Assembly: GCA_043803105.1 (NCBI GenBank)
Contig: JAZDKJ010000008.1
Span: 96,001 to 160,000, forward strand
Direction of reading: 5' to 3'
DNA from: Candidatus Woesearchaeota archaeon
Lineage (GTDB): Archaea; Nanobdellota; Nanobdellia; Woesearchaeales; JAZDKJ01
DNA: 64,000 bases
Shown here: positions 20,353-30,669 of the stretch, in pieces
How the letters are laid out: each line of letters begins with the position of its first letter
How positions within the stretch are numbered: position 1 is the stretch's first letter
Translations under genes and position numbers: made by a program
The notes under the pieces: generated by a model
The model's input: only the letters and a program-made list of their open reading frames with translations
Databases searched by the model: none
What the model was told of the DNA's origin: nothing

Positions 20353-21567
20353 TTAAGACAGAGCAATTCCTTCAAGATATTTTTCGCTTTTCAGGTCTAA
20401 TGAATAGAATGTCTTGTCATAGTTTGCGAAGTATGCCACATCTCCTTTCTGGAGTAGAAAGGCAGGATAGGATATCTTGCCAGTGTTGCTGATGGCCAAT
20501 TTGCCACTCTCCACATCATACAAAGTATCTCCATCCTCCAAAGAAAACAACCTGCCGCCAAGAGTAAGTAATGCGGCCGGAATGAACGGCACCAGTCCTT
20601 TCTCGAAATTTTCCAGAGGATATTCTATTTTTGAGAATGGCTTTCCTGGGTGGCGTAGGTCATAGCAGGTATGGTGGTCTCTTCCAAGCACCAATAATGG
20701 CAAATCTGTTCGATGGGTTTGGTGACTCCAAAATCTACAGCTGCTTATGCAGTCTGCTTGGGAGGAGAACCAGGATATGGTCATCAATTCATTGTTTATG
20801 TCTTTTTTTGGTACATACTTAGCGATGTATGGGGCAACTTGTTGCTCAAGTTCGACTGTTTCTTTAAATGGTCGGACTATCTTTTTTCCATCCCTGGAAA
20901 GATAGCTTACCTGTCCATCTATCTCAAAGTGCCCAGGTATTATTTTACAAGGCAGTTTTACTTCTCCGATTTCTTTGGAAAAACTTAGCAAAGTGTTACG
21001 GTCAGCCGATAGTGCGATTAGCTGGCCTTTGATTTCTTCAACACTGACTATTTCATTGTTGCTTACTAATTCTTTGCCTGACATCAGATCGACTGTCTTA
21101 TACTCTCTGCTAGATAAATGGAGGCTTTCTGCAAGAATTAGATGCTCTTCGGTGGCCAACCTGGCATTGCAGTCAGCCAAAGGACAGACCATAGTTTTGA
21201 TTGTCCCGTTAGGGTTGATTTTTATATACTCTTGCCTCTTTTTGACTCTGAAATAGTGTCCTGAGTCTGAATCCACTGTCCAGACAGTGTCTGGCAACCT
21301 GTAAGTTCCCTGCGATAAGTTGAACAGATTCCTGCTGTCATTTTTTGATTGGAAATATGGCATTCCTTTGATTATTATCGGTTTTGTTCTTACAGGTTCA
21401 CTAAATTTCGTGACTAGTCTTCCTTTTTCAAAAAGACTATAAACACTTTGGCGATCGACTCCTAGAAGATACGCAAAATCAGCGTCGTTCCAGAGCAGGA
21501 ATGCCTCTTGCGGTAATTGGAATAACTCTTTGACACCTTTTCCGATAAGGTTCTCAAGGTTTAGCAT
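20353..21567 (-). CDS. hypothetical protein (possible beta-rich fold)
   Basis: 404-aa ORF, no motif recognised. Confidence 0.6.
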   Translation of the reverse strand: MLNLENLIGKGVKELFQLPQEAFLLWNDADFAYLLGVDRQSVYSLFEKGRLVTKFSEPVRTKPIIIKGMPYFQSKNDSRNLFNLSQGTYRLPDTVWTVDSDSGHYFRVKKRQEYIKINPNGTIKTMVCPLADCNARLATEEHLILAESLHLSSREYKTVDLMSGKELVSNNEIVSVEEIKGQLIALSADRNTLLSFSKEIGEVKLPCKIIPGHFEIDGQVSYLSRDGKKIVRPFKETVELEQQVAPYIAKYVPKKDINNELMTISWFSSQADCISSCRFWSHQTHRTDLPLLVLGRDHHTCYDLRHPGKPFSKIEYPLENFEKGLVPFIPAALLTLGGRLFSLEDGDTLYDVESGKLAISNTGKISYPAFLLQKGDVAYFANYDKTFYSLDLKSEKYLEGIALS

Positions 21568-21675
21568 AGTCGAGAAGAGTGACCCTTTGTTTATATTGAT
21601 TATTGTGCTTTATTGCAGCTAACCGCAAGGTATCATGGCCAATGTGCTTGAGGCTGTCAGCTGATGAACAACCTG

Positions 21676-21699
21676 TAAAGAAAGAGTGGCGGTGCGGAG
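21676..21699 (-). repeat. degenerate copy of tRNA(CAT) 3' end and flank (att-like)
   Basis: TAAAGAAAGAGTGGCGGTGCGGAG vs 23503-23526 TAAAGAAAATGTGGCGGTGCCGAG (21/24). Confidence 0.7.
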
Positions 21700-21724
21700 T
21701 TCTATAACAAGTGCGATTTCAGGC

Positions 21725-23212
21725 CTAGCAATTCATCGTCCTCTGAGCAAATTTTTCAAAATGCAGACCATATATCGCTAATTCTATTGCGACAGGAACT
21801 GCCTTTATCTTTGTGAAGAAGGTCCTTGTCAACAGCCTCCAGTATAAGAACCTGGAATTGGAAAGAATGCCAATCTTCCAAAAGCTCTTGAAAAGCGCAT
21901 GAAGATCTCTTTTGGTGAATCTTGAACGCACAGTTGGTTTGTAATGCTTAATAAAAGTATTGATTCTTTGATAATAATTCTTGGGCGTGTAAATTGTGGA
22001 AATGATTTCCTTGTAACCCTGGATAAGTTTTGCTTCTTTCATTTTGGGCACAAAGTTAATGGTACCATCTGTGTTTTCTCCTGTTGCTGCATGCAGCAAT
22101 CTTCCCTCAGCCTTGAGCCTGTGCCAAAGCCTTGTCTGTGGAAGCACATTCAAAAGCCCGACCATGGCTGTCACTACACCAATCTCTTGAATGAACTTTA
22201 TCTGGGTTTTGAAAATATTTGAAGGATCGTTATCAAATCCGACAATAAAACCTGCTGCCACCTGCAAGCCATTCTGGTGTATTATCTTCACGGATTCAGA
22301 CAGATTTCTCAAGTTGTTCAGTTTGCCGCACTCCCTCAAGCTTTTTGCGCTTGGAGTCTCAATGCCAAGAAACACTGTACCAAAATTTGCCCTTGACATG
22401 AGCTGCATAAGCTCGAGGTCATCTGCAAGGTTAATACTGGCCTCAGCGGAAAGGGTAAAAGGATATTTACGGCTCTTCTGCCAGTCTATCAATAGGGGAA
22501 GCAATCTCTTCACCTTCTCCTTGTTACCAATGAAATTGTCATCAACAATGAAAACACGACCTCTCCAGCCATAATCAAAAATCTGCTGGAACTCCCTTAT
22601 GACCTGGTCTGGGTCTTTTGTCCGGGGGCTTCTGCCATTCATCACGACAATGTCACAGAATTCGCAATCAAAAGGGCAGCCCCTAGAATATTGTATCGGC
22701 ATGCTTGCATAGTCTTTCAGGCTTATCAAAGACCACATAGGCACAGGAGTTTTTCTTATATCAGGCCGTACCTTTGAGGAGTATACCTTTTTTGGAGTTC
22801 CTTTTTCAAGGTCATTCAAGAATCTTGGCAGGGTGACTTCTGCCTCGTTCAAAACAAAATGGTCCACATCCTTAAACCGCATATAGGTTGTTGTAAAGCA
22901 TGGGCCGCCAGCAACGATAGTCTTTCCAAGGGCTTTGCATCTCTTGATTATTTCCTTGACACTTTCAGTCTGAACAATCATTGCGCTAATCAATACCATG
23001 TCTGGCCAACTAAGCTGTTGGTCTGTCAGTTCGGATACATTCATATCCAGAAGCTTTTTCTCCCATCTTTTAGGAAGCATAGACGCCACTGTCAATAAAC
23101 CTAGTGGCGGAGAGGAAGCCTTTTTCTTGATAAAACCCAGAGCATGACCAAAACTCCAAAAGGTGTCAGGACACTTTGGATAGACCAGAAGAACTTTCAC
23201 CGCTTTTTTCAT
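21725..23212 (-). CDS. B12-binding radical SAM protein (DUF4070-type)
   Basis: PPLGLLTVA, SRGCPFDCEFC, VDDNFIGN, FLGIETP. Confidence 0.9.
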   Translation of the reverse strand: MKKAVKVLLVYPKCPDTFWSFGHALGFIKKKASSPPLGLLTVASMLPKRWEKKLLDMNVSELTDQQLSWPDMVLISAMIVQTESVKEIIKRCKALGKTIVAGGPCFTTTYMRFKDVDHFVLNEAEVTLPRFLNDLEKGTPKKVYSSKVRPDIRKTPVPMWSLISLKDYASMPIQYSRGCPFDCEFCDIVVMNGRSPRTKDPDQVIREFQQIFDYGWRGRVFIVDDNFIGNKEKVKRLLPLLIDWQKSRKYPFTLSAEASINLADDLELMQLMSRANFGTVFLGIETPSAKSLRECGKLNNLRNLSESVKIIHQNGLQVAAGFIVGFDNDPSNIFKTQIKFIQEIGVVTAMVGLLNVLPQTRLWHRLKAEGRLLHAATGENTDGTINFVPKMKEAKLIQGYKEIISTIYTPKNYYQRINTFIKHYKPTVRSRFTKRDLHALFKSFWKIGILSNSRFLYWRLLTRTFFTKIKAVPVAIELAIYGLHFEKFAQRTMNC

Positions 23213-23513
23213 CTATTGCAACTTTTGTTGGGGTTATATAAAGGTATTCTTTGACGAATGTTGGGCTCGTGATGTTATGTTCTTTTCCTGCGCAGGTTCC
23301 AAGCCCCTATCAATCCTGCGGCAATTGCAGCAAATCCTCCCAGTGCAAGAGTTACGGTCAGAAGAAGAAATTGTGATAGAACGTCCACCTTCAGCGTGGC
23401 AAAAGTTTCCTAAACACGTTGACAGGATTTCTTAAAGCAACACGTAGGTTATGGCATGTTCTCTTGTGCATTCGGAGGGGGTGTTTACCTGAGGTAAATA
23501 TATAAAGAAAATG

Positions 23514-23662
23514 TGGCGGTGCCGAGACTTCCGCATCCTTTTGGGATATTCGGACTCGGGACCTTTACGTCACCCATGGTTTAGCTTGAGTATATCATCG
23601 GCATCTGCCTCATCGCTCAAGAATATGAGCGTAACGCTATAACCAGGCTAAGCTACACCGCC
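23514..23662 (-). tRNA. tRNA with CAT anticodon (elongator Met or Ile2), canonical intron 23571-23623 and T-loop intron ~23528-23548
   Basis: Minus strand GGCGGTG/CACCGCC+A, TTACG-CTCATA|A-CGTAA, CCGAG/CTCGG T stem. Confidence 0.85.
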
Positions 23663-23819
23663 AGCTTTTTTTGTCCCAAAAAAACCTGGGAAAAGGGTTT
23701 TTGGCTGGTGCCAAAAACGCAGCCTCTACGGCTGCAAAAGTTGCCAGCTGACTTTTCAGCTGAGCAGCACCGCCAGCTTTTTTGCTGATGCAAAACTTAG
23801 ACCAGAGAACAACAGGACT

Positions 23820-24227
23820 TTATAAAAAACTAACTATTTTCTTCTGGTAATCCTGCATCTCACTGCCTTCATACTTCTGCTGTGGCCAGTGCTTCAAGCC
23901 ATCAGTTGAGAAACGAGGTATCACATGGAAGTGGAAGTGCGGGACAACCTGGCCTGCTGCCCTGAAATTGCTCTGTGAGACGCTGATGCCATCAGCCTGA
24001 GTAGATTTCTTCACTGCAATGGAGATTTTCTTCAGCACTGAAGCCAATTCTTTTAGCAAAGGCTCTGGGATATCAAGAATCGTCTCGAAATGCTGCTTTG
24101 GAATAATCAAGGTATGGCCTTTATTCACAGGGAAAAGGTCGAGGAATGCGACAACATGCTCGTTCTCGAAAACCCTACTGCTTGGGGCTTCACCCTTCGC
24201 AATCTTGCAGAAAATACAATCATTCAC
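23820..24227 (-). CDS. HIT-family nucleotide hydrolase
   Basis: CIFCKI, GHTLIIPK, HFHFHVIPR. Confidence 0.93.
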   Translation of the reverse strand: MNDCIFCKIAKGEAPSSRVFENEHVVAFLDLFPVNKGHTLIIPKQHFETILDIPEPLLKELASVLKKISIAVKKSTQADGISVSQSNFRAAGQVVPHFHFHVIPRFSTDGLKHWPQQKYEGSEMQDYQKKIVSFL

Positions 24228-24412
24228 TTTTTGCGCACCTTTGGATAAGGGTCAATAGTTCCCCACCACATCATGCAGTCAGTGCAGTAATAGCCCCAGA
24301 CACCGAGCTTCTTGACTGCCAATAGTTTCTTGCACTTAGGGCAGGGCCTGGAAATAAACTCGATTATCTCCTGCGATTCTTTGGATTCGCTTGGCTTTTG
24401 CATAAGCATCAC
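24224..24412 (-). CDS. small Zn-ribbon protein
   Basis: CPKC/CTDC; translationally coupled to both neighbours. Confidence 0.6.
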   Translation of the reverse strand: MMLMQKPSESKESQEIIEFISRPCPKCKKLLAVKKLGVWGYYCTDCMMWWGTIDPYPKVRKK

Positions 24413-24930
24413 AACTTAGACTTGACAGCCTTATCAGAAATTATTGCGCTGTTGCCTGAAGGGTCTTCTATTATCATCTTCAAAGAGTCCTGGCCCCACA
24501 TTACGCGCTGAAGCTTTTTCAGGAGATTCTTTGCCTTCTTTCTGTCTTCATCTTCCTCTGCGGTGTCGCGCAGCACCTCGATCTCGTGCTTGATGCGGTT
24601 CAGTATGCCTTCAACGTTGGTTACATAACCGTTAGAGGCAGGACCTGGGGTAATTGTGGTTATGTGGGGAATCTTCACAGTGGCCTGGCTGGATTTCACG
24701 ACGCGGATCGTAAGGTCCTGCTCACCTGAGATATCAATCGTGTACTTGCTTGGCTCGTGGGTCTCGACAGACTCGATATCAGCCTTGTGATACTTGCACT
24801 CGCTGCAGGTCATGGAGAAAATAAGGACTTTGCCGAAATAAGGCACTTCTTTTTCAGCTTCGGTAAGGCTTAATGCCAACGCTTTGCATATTGGGCATGG
24901 TTGACCGGTCAATTCGCTCATTTCAGGCAT
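24409..24930 (-). CDS. ZPR1 zinc-finger protein
   Basis: CPIC, VPYFG, CSEC, TNVEGIL, IIEDPSGNS. Confidence 0.92.
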   Translation of the reverse strand: MPEMSELTGQPCPICKALALSLTEAEKEVPYFGKVLIFSMTCSECKYHKADIESVETHEPSKYTIDISGEQDLTIRVVKSSQATVKIPHITTITPGPASNGYVTNVEGILNRIKHEIEVLRDTAEEDEDRKKAKNLLKKLQRVMWGQDSLKMIIEDPSGNSAIISDKAVKSKL

Positions 24931-24979
24931 GAAAAAAAAGAGAGAAGAAGGGTATATATTTTTTTTGGTATTGGAAAGG

Positions 24980-25390
24980 CTATTCGTCCTCCTTTCCATG
25001 TTCAGCCTTGTAGTCTTCCTTTATGTCTTCCATCTGCTTTGTCCTGTAGATGGTGGCAAACGAAGGAGTGACAACAATCCAATCCTCGCCAAAACCAGCG
25101 ATCTCACCCTCGATGGCATCACAAGTCTTCTTCAACTTGTTAATTGCCCTTTTCAACTCAATCAAGTCCTTGTCTTTCAATGGGCGAATGTTAATCAAAG
25201 CGATAGTCTGGCCTGCCCTTAATGCATCAAGGATCTCCTTTACATCCTCAAAATCCTTCATCATGAAGGGGCGCACAACTATCTTTGTTTTTGTCTCTTC
25301 TGATTCGGTCTCGATCTCAACATAACCTTCTTCAGAATCTGGCTTGTCTTTCTTGACCTTTGAGCTTAATCGCGAGAAAAATTTCCTCAT
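24980..25390 (-). CDS. sepF: cell division protein SepF (archaeal type)
   Basis: ILDALRAGQTIALINI...LKRAINKLKK...GEIAG..WIVVTPS. Confidence 0.85.
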   Translation of the reverse strand: MRKFFSRLSSKVKKDKPDSEEGYVEIETESEETKTKIVVRPFMMKDFEDVKEILDALRAGQTIALINIRPLKDKDLIELKRAINKLKKTCDAIEGEIAGFGEDWIVVTPSFATIYRTKQMEDIKEDYKAEHGKEDE

Positions 25391-25508
25391 CTTGGTTCCT
25401 CCATCGAGTAATCTATAAGAACTAACATCTTATGACAGATATATAAAACTTGCGTTTTTGACGTGGGCCACCTAAAACTTTTTATAATACTGCACCATCT
25501 CTACTATC

Positions 25509-27416
25509 ATGTCGAAAATAACCATTACAATAGATAATCACAAGCACAGCCTTGAATCAGGCATAACAGCAAAAGAGATAACGAAGGAACTCAAGCTTGA
25601 CAAGAGGATTCTTGCGGCAAAATTCAACGATGAGTTGATTGACCTTGCAGCAAAATTGGCGAAAGATGGCATTTTGTCTTTTGTCACATTCGATTCTCCT
25701 GAGGGAAAAGAGATATTCAGGCATTCAAGCGCACATATCTTGGCACAAGCAGTAACTTCGCTATATCCTGAGGCATTGCCGACAATCGGGCCTGCAGTTG
25801 AAGAGGGATTCTATTATGACTTTGACCTTGACAAGACGTTTGCTCCTGAGGACCTTGCAAAGATAGAAAAGAAAATGAAGGACATAATCAAGCAGAACCT
25901 CAAGATAGAGAGGGAGCAAATTCCAAAGAATGAAGCTCTCAAGCTGTTCAAGAATAACAAGTACAAACAAGAGATGATTGAGGAGCTAGACGAGCCGACG
26001 ATCACAGTGTATCAGCAGGGAGAATATGCAGAGTTCTGCAGGGGGCCGCACGTCCCTTCAACGGGCTATATTGGGGCGGTTAAGCTGACGAAGATAGCCG
26101 GAGCATACTGGAAAGGGGACAACAAGAACAAGATGCTCCAAAGGCTTTATGGAATAAGCTTCCCAAGCCAACAGGAGCTTGATGATCATGTAAAACGCAT
26201 AGAGGAAGCAGAGAAAAGAGACCACAGAAAGCTGGGAAAACAGCTGGACCTATTTTCAATGCATGATGAAGGGCCTGGATTCCCGTTCTTCCACCCAAGT
26301 GGGATGGTCATAATCAACCAGCTAAAGCAATTCTGGAGAGAAGAACATGCAAAGGCTGGCTATGACGAGATACAGACCCCTATTATACTCTCAAGAACAC
26401 TCTGGGAGCAAAGCGGGCATTGGGACCATTACAAGAACAGCATGTACTTTACCAAGATAGATGGATTGGATTTTGCAGTAAAGCCAATGAACTGCCCAGG
26501 CGGAATACTGGTTTACAAGGAACATCTGCATTCTTACAAAGAATTGCCGATGAGGCTTGCAGAGATGGGAATAGTGCATAGGCACGAGCTATCAGGTGTG
26601 CTTGCAGGTTTGTTCAGGGTAAGGACCTTTACTCAAGATGATGCTCACATCTTCATGACAGAAGAACAGATAAGAGAGGAAATAATCGGGGTAATAAACC
26701 TAGTTGACAAATTCTACAAGACCTTCAATTTTGACTATCAGGTGGAATTAAGCACTAGGCCAAAAGACAAGATGGGCACTGATGCGATGTGGGAGGTTGC
26801 AGAAAAAGGGCTTGAAGAAGCGCTGAAAACGAGAAAGATGAATTACAAGATAAACCCTGGGGACGGGGCTTTTTACGGGCCAAAAATCGACTTTCACATA
26901 AAGGACTGCATAGGAAGAACCTGGCAGTGCGCAACAATACAACTTGACTTCCAGATGCCTGAGAAATTTGACCTAACCTATGAAGGCCAGGATGGAAAGA
27001 AGCATCGGCCAGTGATGATACATAGGGTCATTTACGGAGCAATAGAAAGGTTCCTGGGAATACTCATAGAAAACTATGCAGGAAAATTCCCATTATGGCT
27101 GAGCCCTGTGCAGATAAGGATAATGACTGTCTCAGAAAAATTCAATGATCATGCAGAAGAGCTAAGAAAAAAGCTGCTGGAACAAGGATACAGGGTTGAG
27201 CTCGATGTGCGCTCGGAGAGCATACCTAAGAAAGTGAGGGATGCGCAGGCAATGAAGATACCATTGATGCTTACAATCGGAGAAAAGGAAGTAAGCAACA
27301 ATACTGTTGCGATAAGGACAGCTGACGGAAAAGTCTATTTTGGGATGCAGGTTGAAGAGTTTATCAGGAAAGCTGCTGATAATATTGCGAAAAGAGAGAA
27401 TGCGATAACCTTCTAG
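25509..27416 (+). CDS. thrS: threonyl-tRNA synthetase (bacterial-type, N-terminal TGS)
   Basis: HSSAH, GFYYD, CRGPH, KPMNCP, QDDAH, GAFYGPKID. Confidence 0.97.
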   Translation: MSKITITIDNHKHSLESGITAKEITKELKLDKRILAAKFNDELIDLAAKLAKDGILSFVTFDSPEGKEIFRHSSAHILAQAVTSLYPEALPTIGPAVEEGFYYDFDLDKTFAPEDLAKIEKKMKDIIKQNLKIEREQIPKNEALKLFKNNKYKQEMIEELDEPTITVYQQGEYAEFCRGPHVPSTGYIGAVKLTKIAGAYWKGDNKNKMLQRLYGISFPSQQELDDHVKRIEEAEKRDHRKLGKQLDLFSMHDEGPGFPFFHPSGMVIINQLKQFWREEHAKAGYDEIQTPIILSRTLWEQSGHWDHYKNSMYFTKIDGLDFAVKPMNCPGGILVYKEHLHSYKELPMRLAEMGIVHRHELSGVLAGLFRVRTFTQDDAHIFMTEEQIREEIIGVINLVDKFYKTFNFDYQVELSTRPKDKMGTDAMWEVAEKGLEEALKTRKMNYKINPGDGAFYGPKIDFHIKDCIGRTWQCATIQLDFQMPEKFDLTYEGQDGKKHRPVMIHRVIYGAIERFLGILIENYAGKFPLWLSPVQIRIMTVSEKFNDHAEELRKKLLEQGYRVELDVRSESIPKKVRDAQAMKIPLMLTIGEKEVSNNTVAIRTADGKVYFGMQVEEFIRKAADNIAKRENAITF

Positions 27417-28012
27417 ATGTTTTTATATTCCGGGTGATGCAGCAATCTGTCCATACCTTGCTCTTTCAAGAAAGCCAACGCTTGACGGTAATACATTTTA
27501 GGTCTTAATTGAGTGGGAGTGTCGGCTACAGATAGATATCTGATTTTATGCTCAAAAATATACTTAAGCAAGCTCTCAGCCTCTTTTTTATCGATCAGAC
27601 CTGATTGTATGAAAAGGCTAAATTCGGTGGTGGAAACCACAGTATGTTTTACGCGATTTTCAATCATGCTACGTATCACTTTACCCGTGTGAGCAAGGTC
27701 CTCCGGATAATCCCTCTTGAGCAGATCCTCAAGCTTGAGATATGACTTTGCCATTGTAGTCACTGTAGAGTTTGGTCCCAGGGGAAGAACTGCTTTGCTA
27801 AGATCCTTAAGTAAATCAACAGACTGAAGATAATTGTCTAAGCCGCTTCGCAGCACTTTATCTGTTATGGGCTTCATCAACCTGTATTCAGGCTTTTCAA
27901 AGCAAGCAGCTAACCTGGACTCAAGTTCAGCTGGAGAGCTGGTTCTCGCTTGTTCAAGAAATGGCGTATAGAAAAGATTGGACTTGAGTTCGTACCAACG
28001 GACATCTGGCAT
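27413..28012 (-). CDS. hypothetical protein
   Basis: 199-aa ORF. Confidence 0.55.
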   Translation of the reverse strand: MPDVRWYELKSNLFYTPFLEQARTSSPAELESRLAACFEKPEYRLMKPITDKVLRSGLDNYLQSVDLLKDLSKAVLPLGPNSTVTTMAKSYLKLEDLLKRDYPEDLAHTGKVIRSMIENRVKHTVVSTTEFSLFIQSGLIDKKEAESLLKYIFEHKIRYLSVADTPTQLRPKMYYRQALAFLKEQGMDRLLHHPEYKNI

Positions 28013-28096
28013 AGCGAAGGAAAATCACATAAACCTTTTAAAACTTAAGGTCGGCGCTCGAAAAAATTATATACAGGACCACTTTACCTACAGGAT

Positions 28097-28324
28097 GTGA
28101 GGGATTACATAATCGGTCTTCTGGAGCTGGCAAAAGAGGACAAGTGCAAAAGCTGCATAAGGATCCAGCAGGAGCTTAGGAGGGCATCAAAAGAGACTGA
28201 AGACAGCCTTCTGAAGGGCAAGATCAACTCAGCGTTGATTGACCATGACCTTCACTATTCGCTTGGATGCAAACCGTGCGAACCACAAGCAAGGATAAAG
28301 GAATTCTCAAAAAGACCATTGTAA
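28097..28324 (+). CDS. small hypothetical protein with CxxC pairs
   Basis: CKSC and CKPC, upstream of trxB. Confidence 0.45.
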   Translation: MRDYIIGLLELAKEDKCKSCIRIQQELRRASKETEDSLLKGKINSALIDHDLHYSLGCKPCEPQARIKEFSKRPL

Positions 28325-28371
28325 AGGTTCACAATAAGGTTTAAATAGGGATTAACCTAATCGCAAAAACA

Positions 28372-29280
28372 ATGTATGACCTAATAATAATCGGAGGAGG
28401 GCCTGCGGGGTTGAGTGCAGCAATCTATGCAGGAAGATATAAGCTCAAGGCACTTCTTTTAACCAAGATAATCGGCGGAATGATGAGCGAAGCGCACCTC
28501 ATAGAAAACTATCCTGGGGTAGAAAGCGTAACAGGAATGGACTTAGCTGAGAAAATGAAAAAACAGGTAGAACACCTTGGGGTGAAGATAGAGGAGGAAG
28601 AGGTTGTCAGGCTTGAAAAGACACCAAATGGATTCCTGGCAAACAAAAAGCATGAGGCAAAGTACATCCTCCTGGCATTGGGAACTGAAAGAAAGAAGCT
28701 AAACCTTGCAAAGGAAAAGGAGTTTGCAGGAAAGGGAGTATCTTACTGTGCAACATGCGATGCACCATTATTCAAGGACAAGGAGGTTGCTGTTGTAGGG
28801 GGAAAAGATTCTGCTGTAATGGCTGCTGAACTACTGGCAAGCTATGCGAGAAAAGTCTATGTGATATACAGGGGAGAACAACTTCAGGCCCAACCAGTTG
28901 CGAGGGAGAGACTGCTTGCAAACCCAAAGGTTGAGGCAATATACAAGGCAAACGTTTCTGACCTTCAAGGAAAATCCATGCTGGAATCAATCAAGCTTGA
29001 CAACGGAAGAGAAATCAAGGTGGACGGACTGTTTGTTGAGATCGGAAGCACGCCTTCTGTCATACTTGCAAAGGAACTAGGAATAAAGCTTGACCATGAT
29101 GATTGCATCACAGTTGACCAGCACCTGTGCACGAGTATGCCTCATGTGTACGCAGCAGGCGATATAACAAGCCACAACGCCAAATGGAGGCAGGTTGTCA
29201 TCGCGTGCGCTGAAGGGGCGCTTGCAGCAAGAAGCATATATGAAGATTTCAAGCGCAAGGCAACAAGCGAGCACGTATGA
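28372..29280 (+). CDS. trxB: thioredoxin-disulfide reductase
   Basis: GGGPAG, GVSYCATCD, VYAAGD. Confidence 0.92.
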   Translation: MYDLIIIGGGPAGLSAAIYAGRYKLKALLLTKIIGGMMSEAHLIENYPGVESVTGMDLAEKMKKQVEHLGVKIEEEEVVRLEKTPNGFLANKKHEAKYILLALGTERKKLNLAKEKEFAGKGVSYCATCDAPLFKDKEVAVVGGKDSAVMAAELLASYARKVYVIYRGEQLQAQPVARERLLANPKVEAIYKANVSDLQGKSMLESIKLDNGREIKVDGLFVEIGSTPSVILAKELGIKLDHDDCITVDQHLCTSMPHVYAAGDITSHNAKWRQVVIACAEGALAARSIYEDFKRKATSEHV

Positions 29281-29627
29281 AAGCGCAGACAATTCCCAAG
29301 GGATGCCCGATATGCAGTAGCGACGTAAAGGGAGATGAAACCCACAAGTACTACTGCAAAAAGTGCAATCTTCTGTTTGAAGCAAGGGACGTGCACAAAG
29401 AAGAGAAAAAACCCGAGGTTCAATCTGAGGTCTCAAAGCAACAGGAAAAGCCCAAGCAAGTTGTGCAAGCCAAAGAAGCAGGCCTTACGGCATCTTCACA
29501 ATCAAACAAGTATCATAAGAAAGGGTGCAGGTACATAAGGCAGATAGAAAACAAGAACCTTATATACTACAAGGACAAAAAGGAGGCAGAACGGCAGGGA
29601 CGAAGGCCGTGCAAATGCAACAAATGA
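29277..29627 (+). CDS. Zn-ribbon plus Ada-like metal-binding domain protein
   Basis: CPIC/CKKC; SNKYHKKGC...GRRPCKC. Confidence 0.7.
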   Translation: MKAQTIPKGCPICSSDVKGDETHKYYCKKCNLLFEARDVHKEEKKPEVQSEVSKQQEKPKQVVQAKEAGLTASSQSNKYHKKGCRYIRQIENKNLIYYKDKKEAERQGRRPCKCNK

Positions 29628-30139
29628 TGCAACACAAAAACCAGAGGGTAGGAGTGTTTGTGGACATACAGAATATGTACTACTCAGCAAAGCACCTCTA
29701 CAGCACAAAGCTCAACTACAAGGAATTATTGAGATTGGCATTGCAGCAAAGAAGCCTGATAAGGGCAATAGCCTACGTGATAAGGGCTGAGGTCAAGGAA
29801 GAAGAAACATTTTTTGATGCTCTCAAGAACCAGGGTTATGAGGTAAAGAGCAAAGACCTGCAGGTTTTCTATGGCGGGGCAAAAAAAGGGGATTGGGACA
29901 TAGGAATAGCAATGGACATGATAGAGCTTGCCCCAAAGCTTGACACATTAGTCCTTGTGAGTGGTGATGGAGACTTTGTGCCTCTTCTAAGGCATCTTAG
30001 ACATGCATTGGGATGCAGGGTTGAGGTAGTGGCGTTTGGCAGGAGCTCAGCAGCAAAGCTTATAGAGGAAGCGGATGATTTCTACGACTTAGACAAGCAC
30101 CAGTTTGTGCTAATAAAACCCAGGAAAGAACATGGATGA
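29624..30139 (+). CDS. NYN/LabA (DUF88) PIN-like nuclease domain protein
   Basis: VFVDIQN, KGDWD, LVSGDGDF. Confidence 0.88.
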   Translation: MMQHKNQRVGVFVDIQNMYYSAKHLYSTKLNYKELLRLALQQRSLIRAIAYVIRAEVKEEETFFDALKNQGYEVKSKDLQVFYGGAKKGDWDIGIAMDMIELAPKLDTLVLVSGDGDFVPLLRHLRHALGCRVEVVAFGRSSAAKLIEEADDFYDLDKHQFVLIKPRKEHG

Positions 30140-30395
30140 GATAAACTTTTGCCCGTTCTGCAGCGCTTCCCAACACAAGATATTCACAGTAAAGGAAGAC
30201 CAGTATTTCTGCAAGGAATGCAACAGGTTCTTCAAGGCAGACCATCTCTTTTACAACTGTCCTAAATGCAATTCAAAAAAGATAGTTGACTCAGACTTCC
30301 CAAGCCCTGACGGCCAGGTGGTTTTCCAGTGCCAGTCGTGCAAGAAAATGTTGTCAGCAAAAGACTTTTTTTCCAAGAGCCAGACCAGCTCTTAA
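30132..30395 (+). CDS. double Zn-ribbon small protein
   Basis: CPFC, CKEC, CPKC, CQSC. Confidence 0.7.
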   Translation: MDEINFCPFCSASQHKIFTVKEDQYFCKECNRFFKADHLFYNCPKCNSKKIVDSDFPSPDGQVVFQCQSCKKMLSAKDFFSKSQTSS

Positions 30396-30669
30396 GAGAC
30401 TCTGATAATTTAACCAAGGCTTCTATCAAATCCCGAATCCTCTCAGCTGTCTCTTCAAAGGCGCGGCTGCTGTTGAATACCTCCTGCACAGCTCGGACCT
30501 GTGATTATTAAGGGAAAAAGAAAAGATTTATAAATATGTTTTTCCAGAAATACACAAAAAAGAAGAGAAAACTGGTTTTTGATATTTTCCAGTTTTGTTC
30601 TATAGTGATTTCGGAGTAACAAAAAATACACAAAGGCTTAAATATAAGTTTTGCCAAAGGAGACTGCCC

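Noticed and set aside
23270-23460. Small minus-strand membrane ORF
   Set aside because: Hydrophobic stretch present, but the frame is closed upstream by TAG and has no convincing start; at most a remnant.
23514-23662. Initiator tRNA-Met
   Set aside because: Lacks the A1-U72 pair and the three consecutive G-C anticodon-stem pairs.
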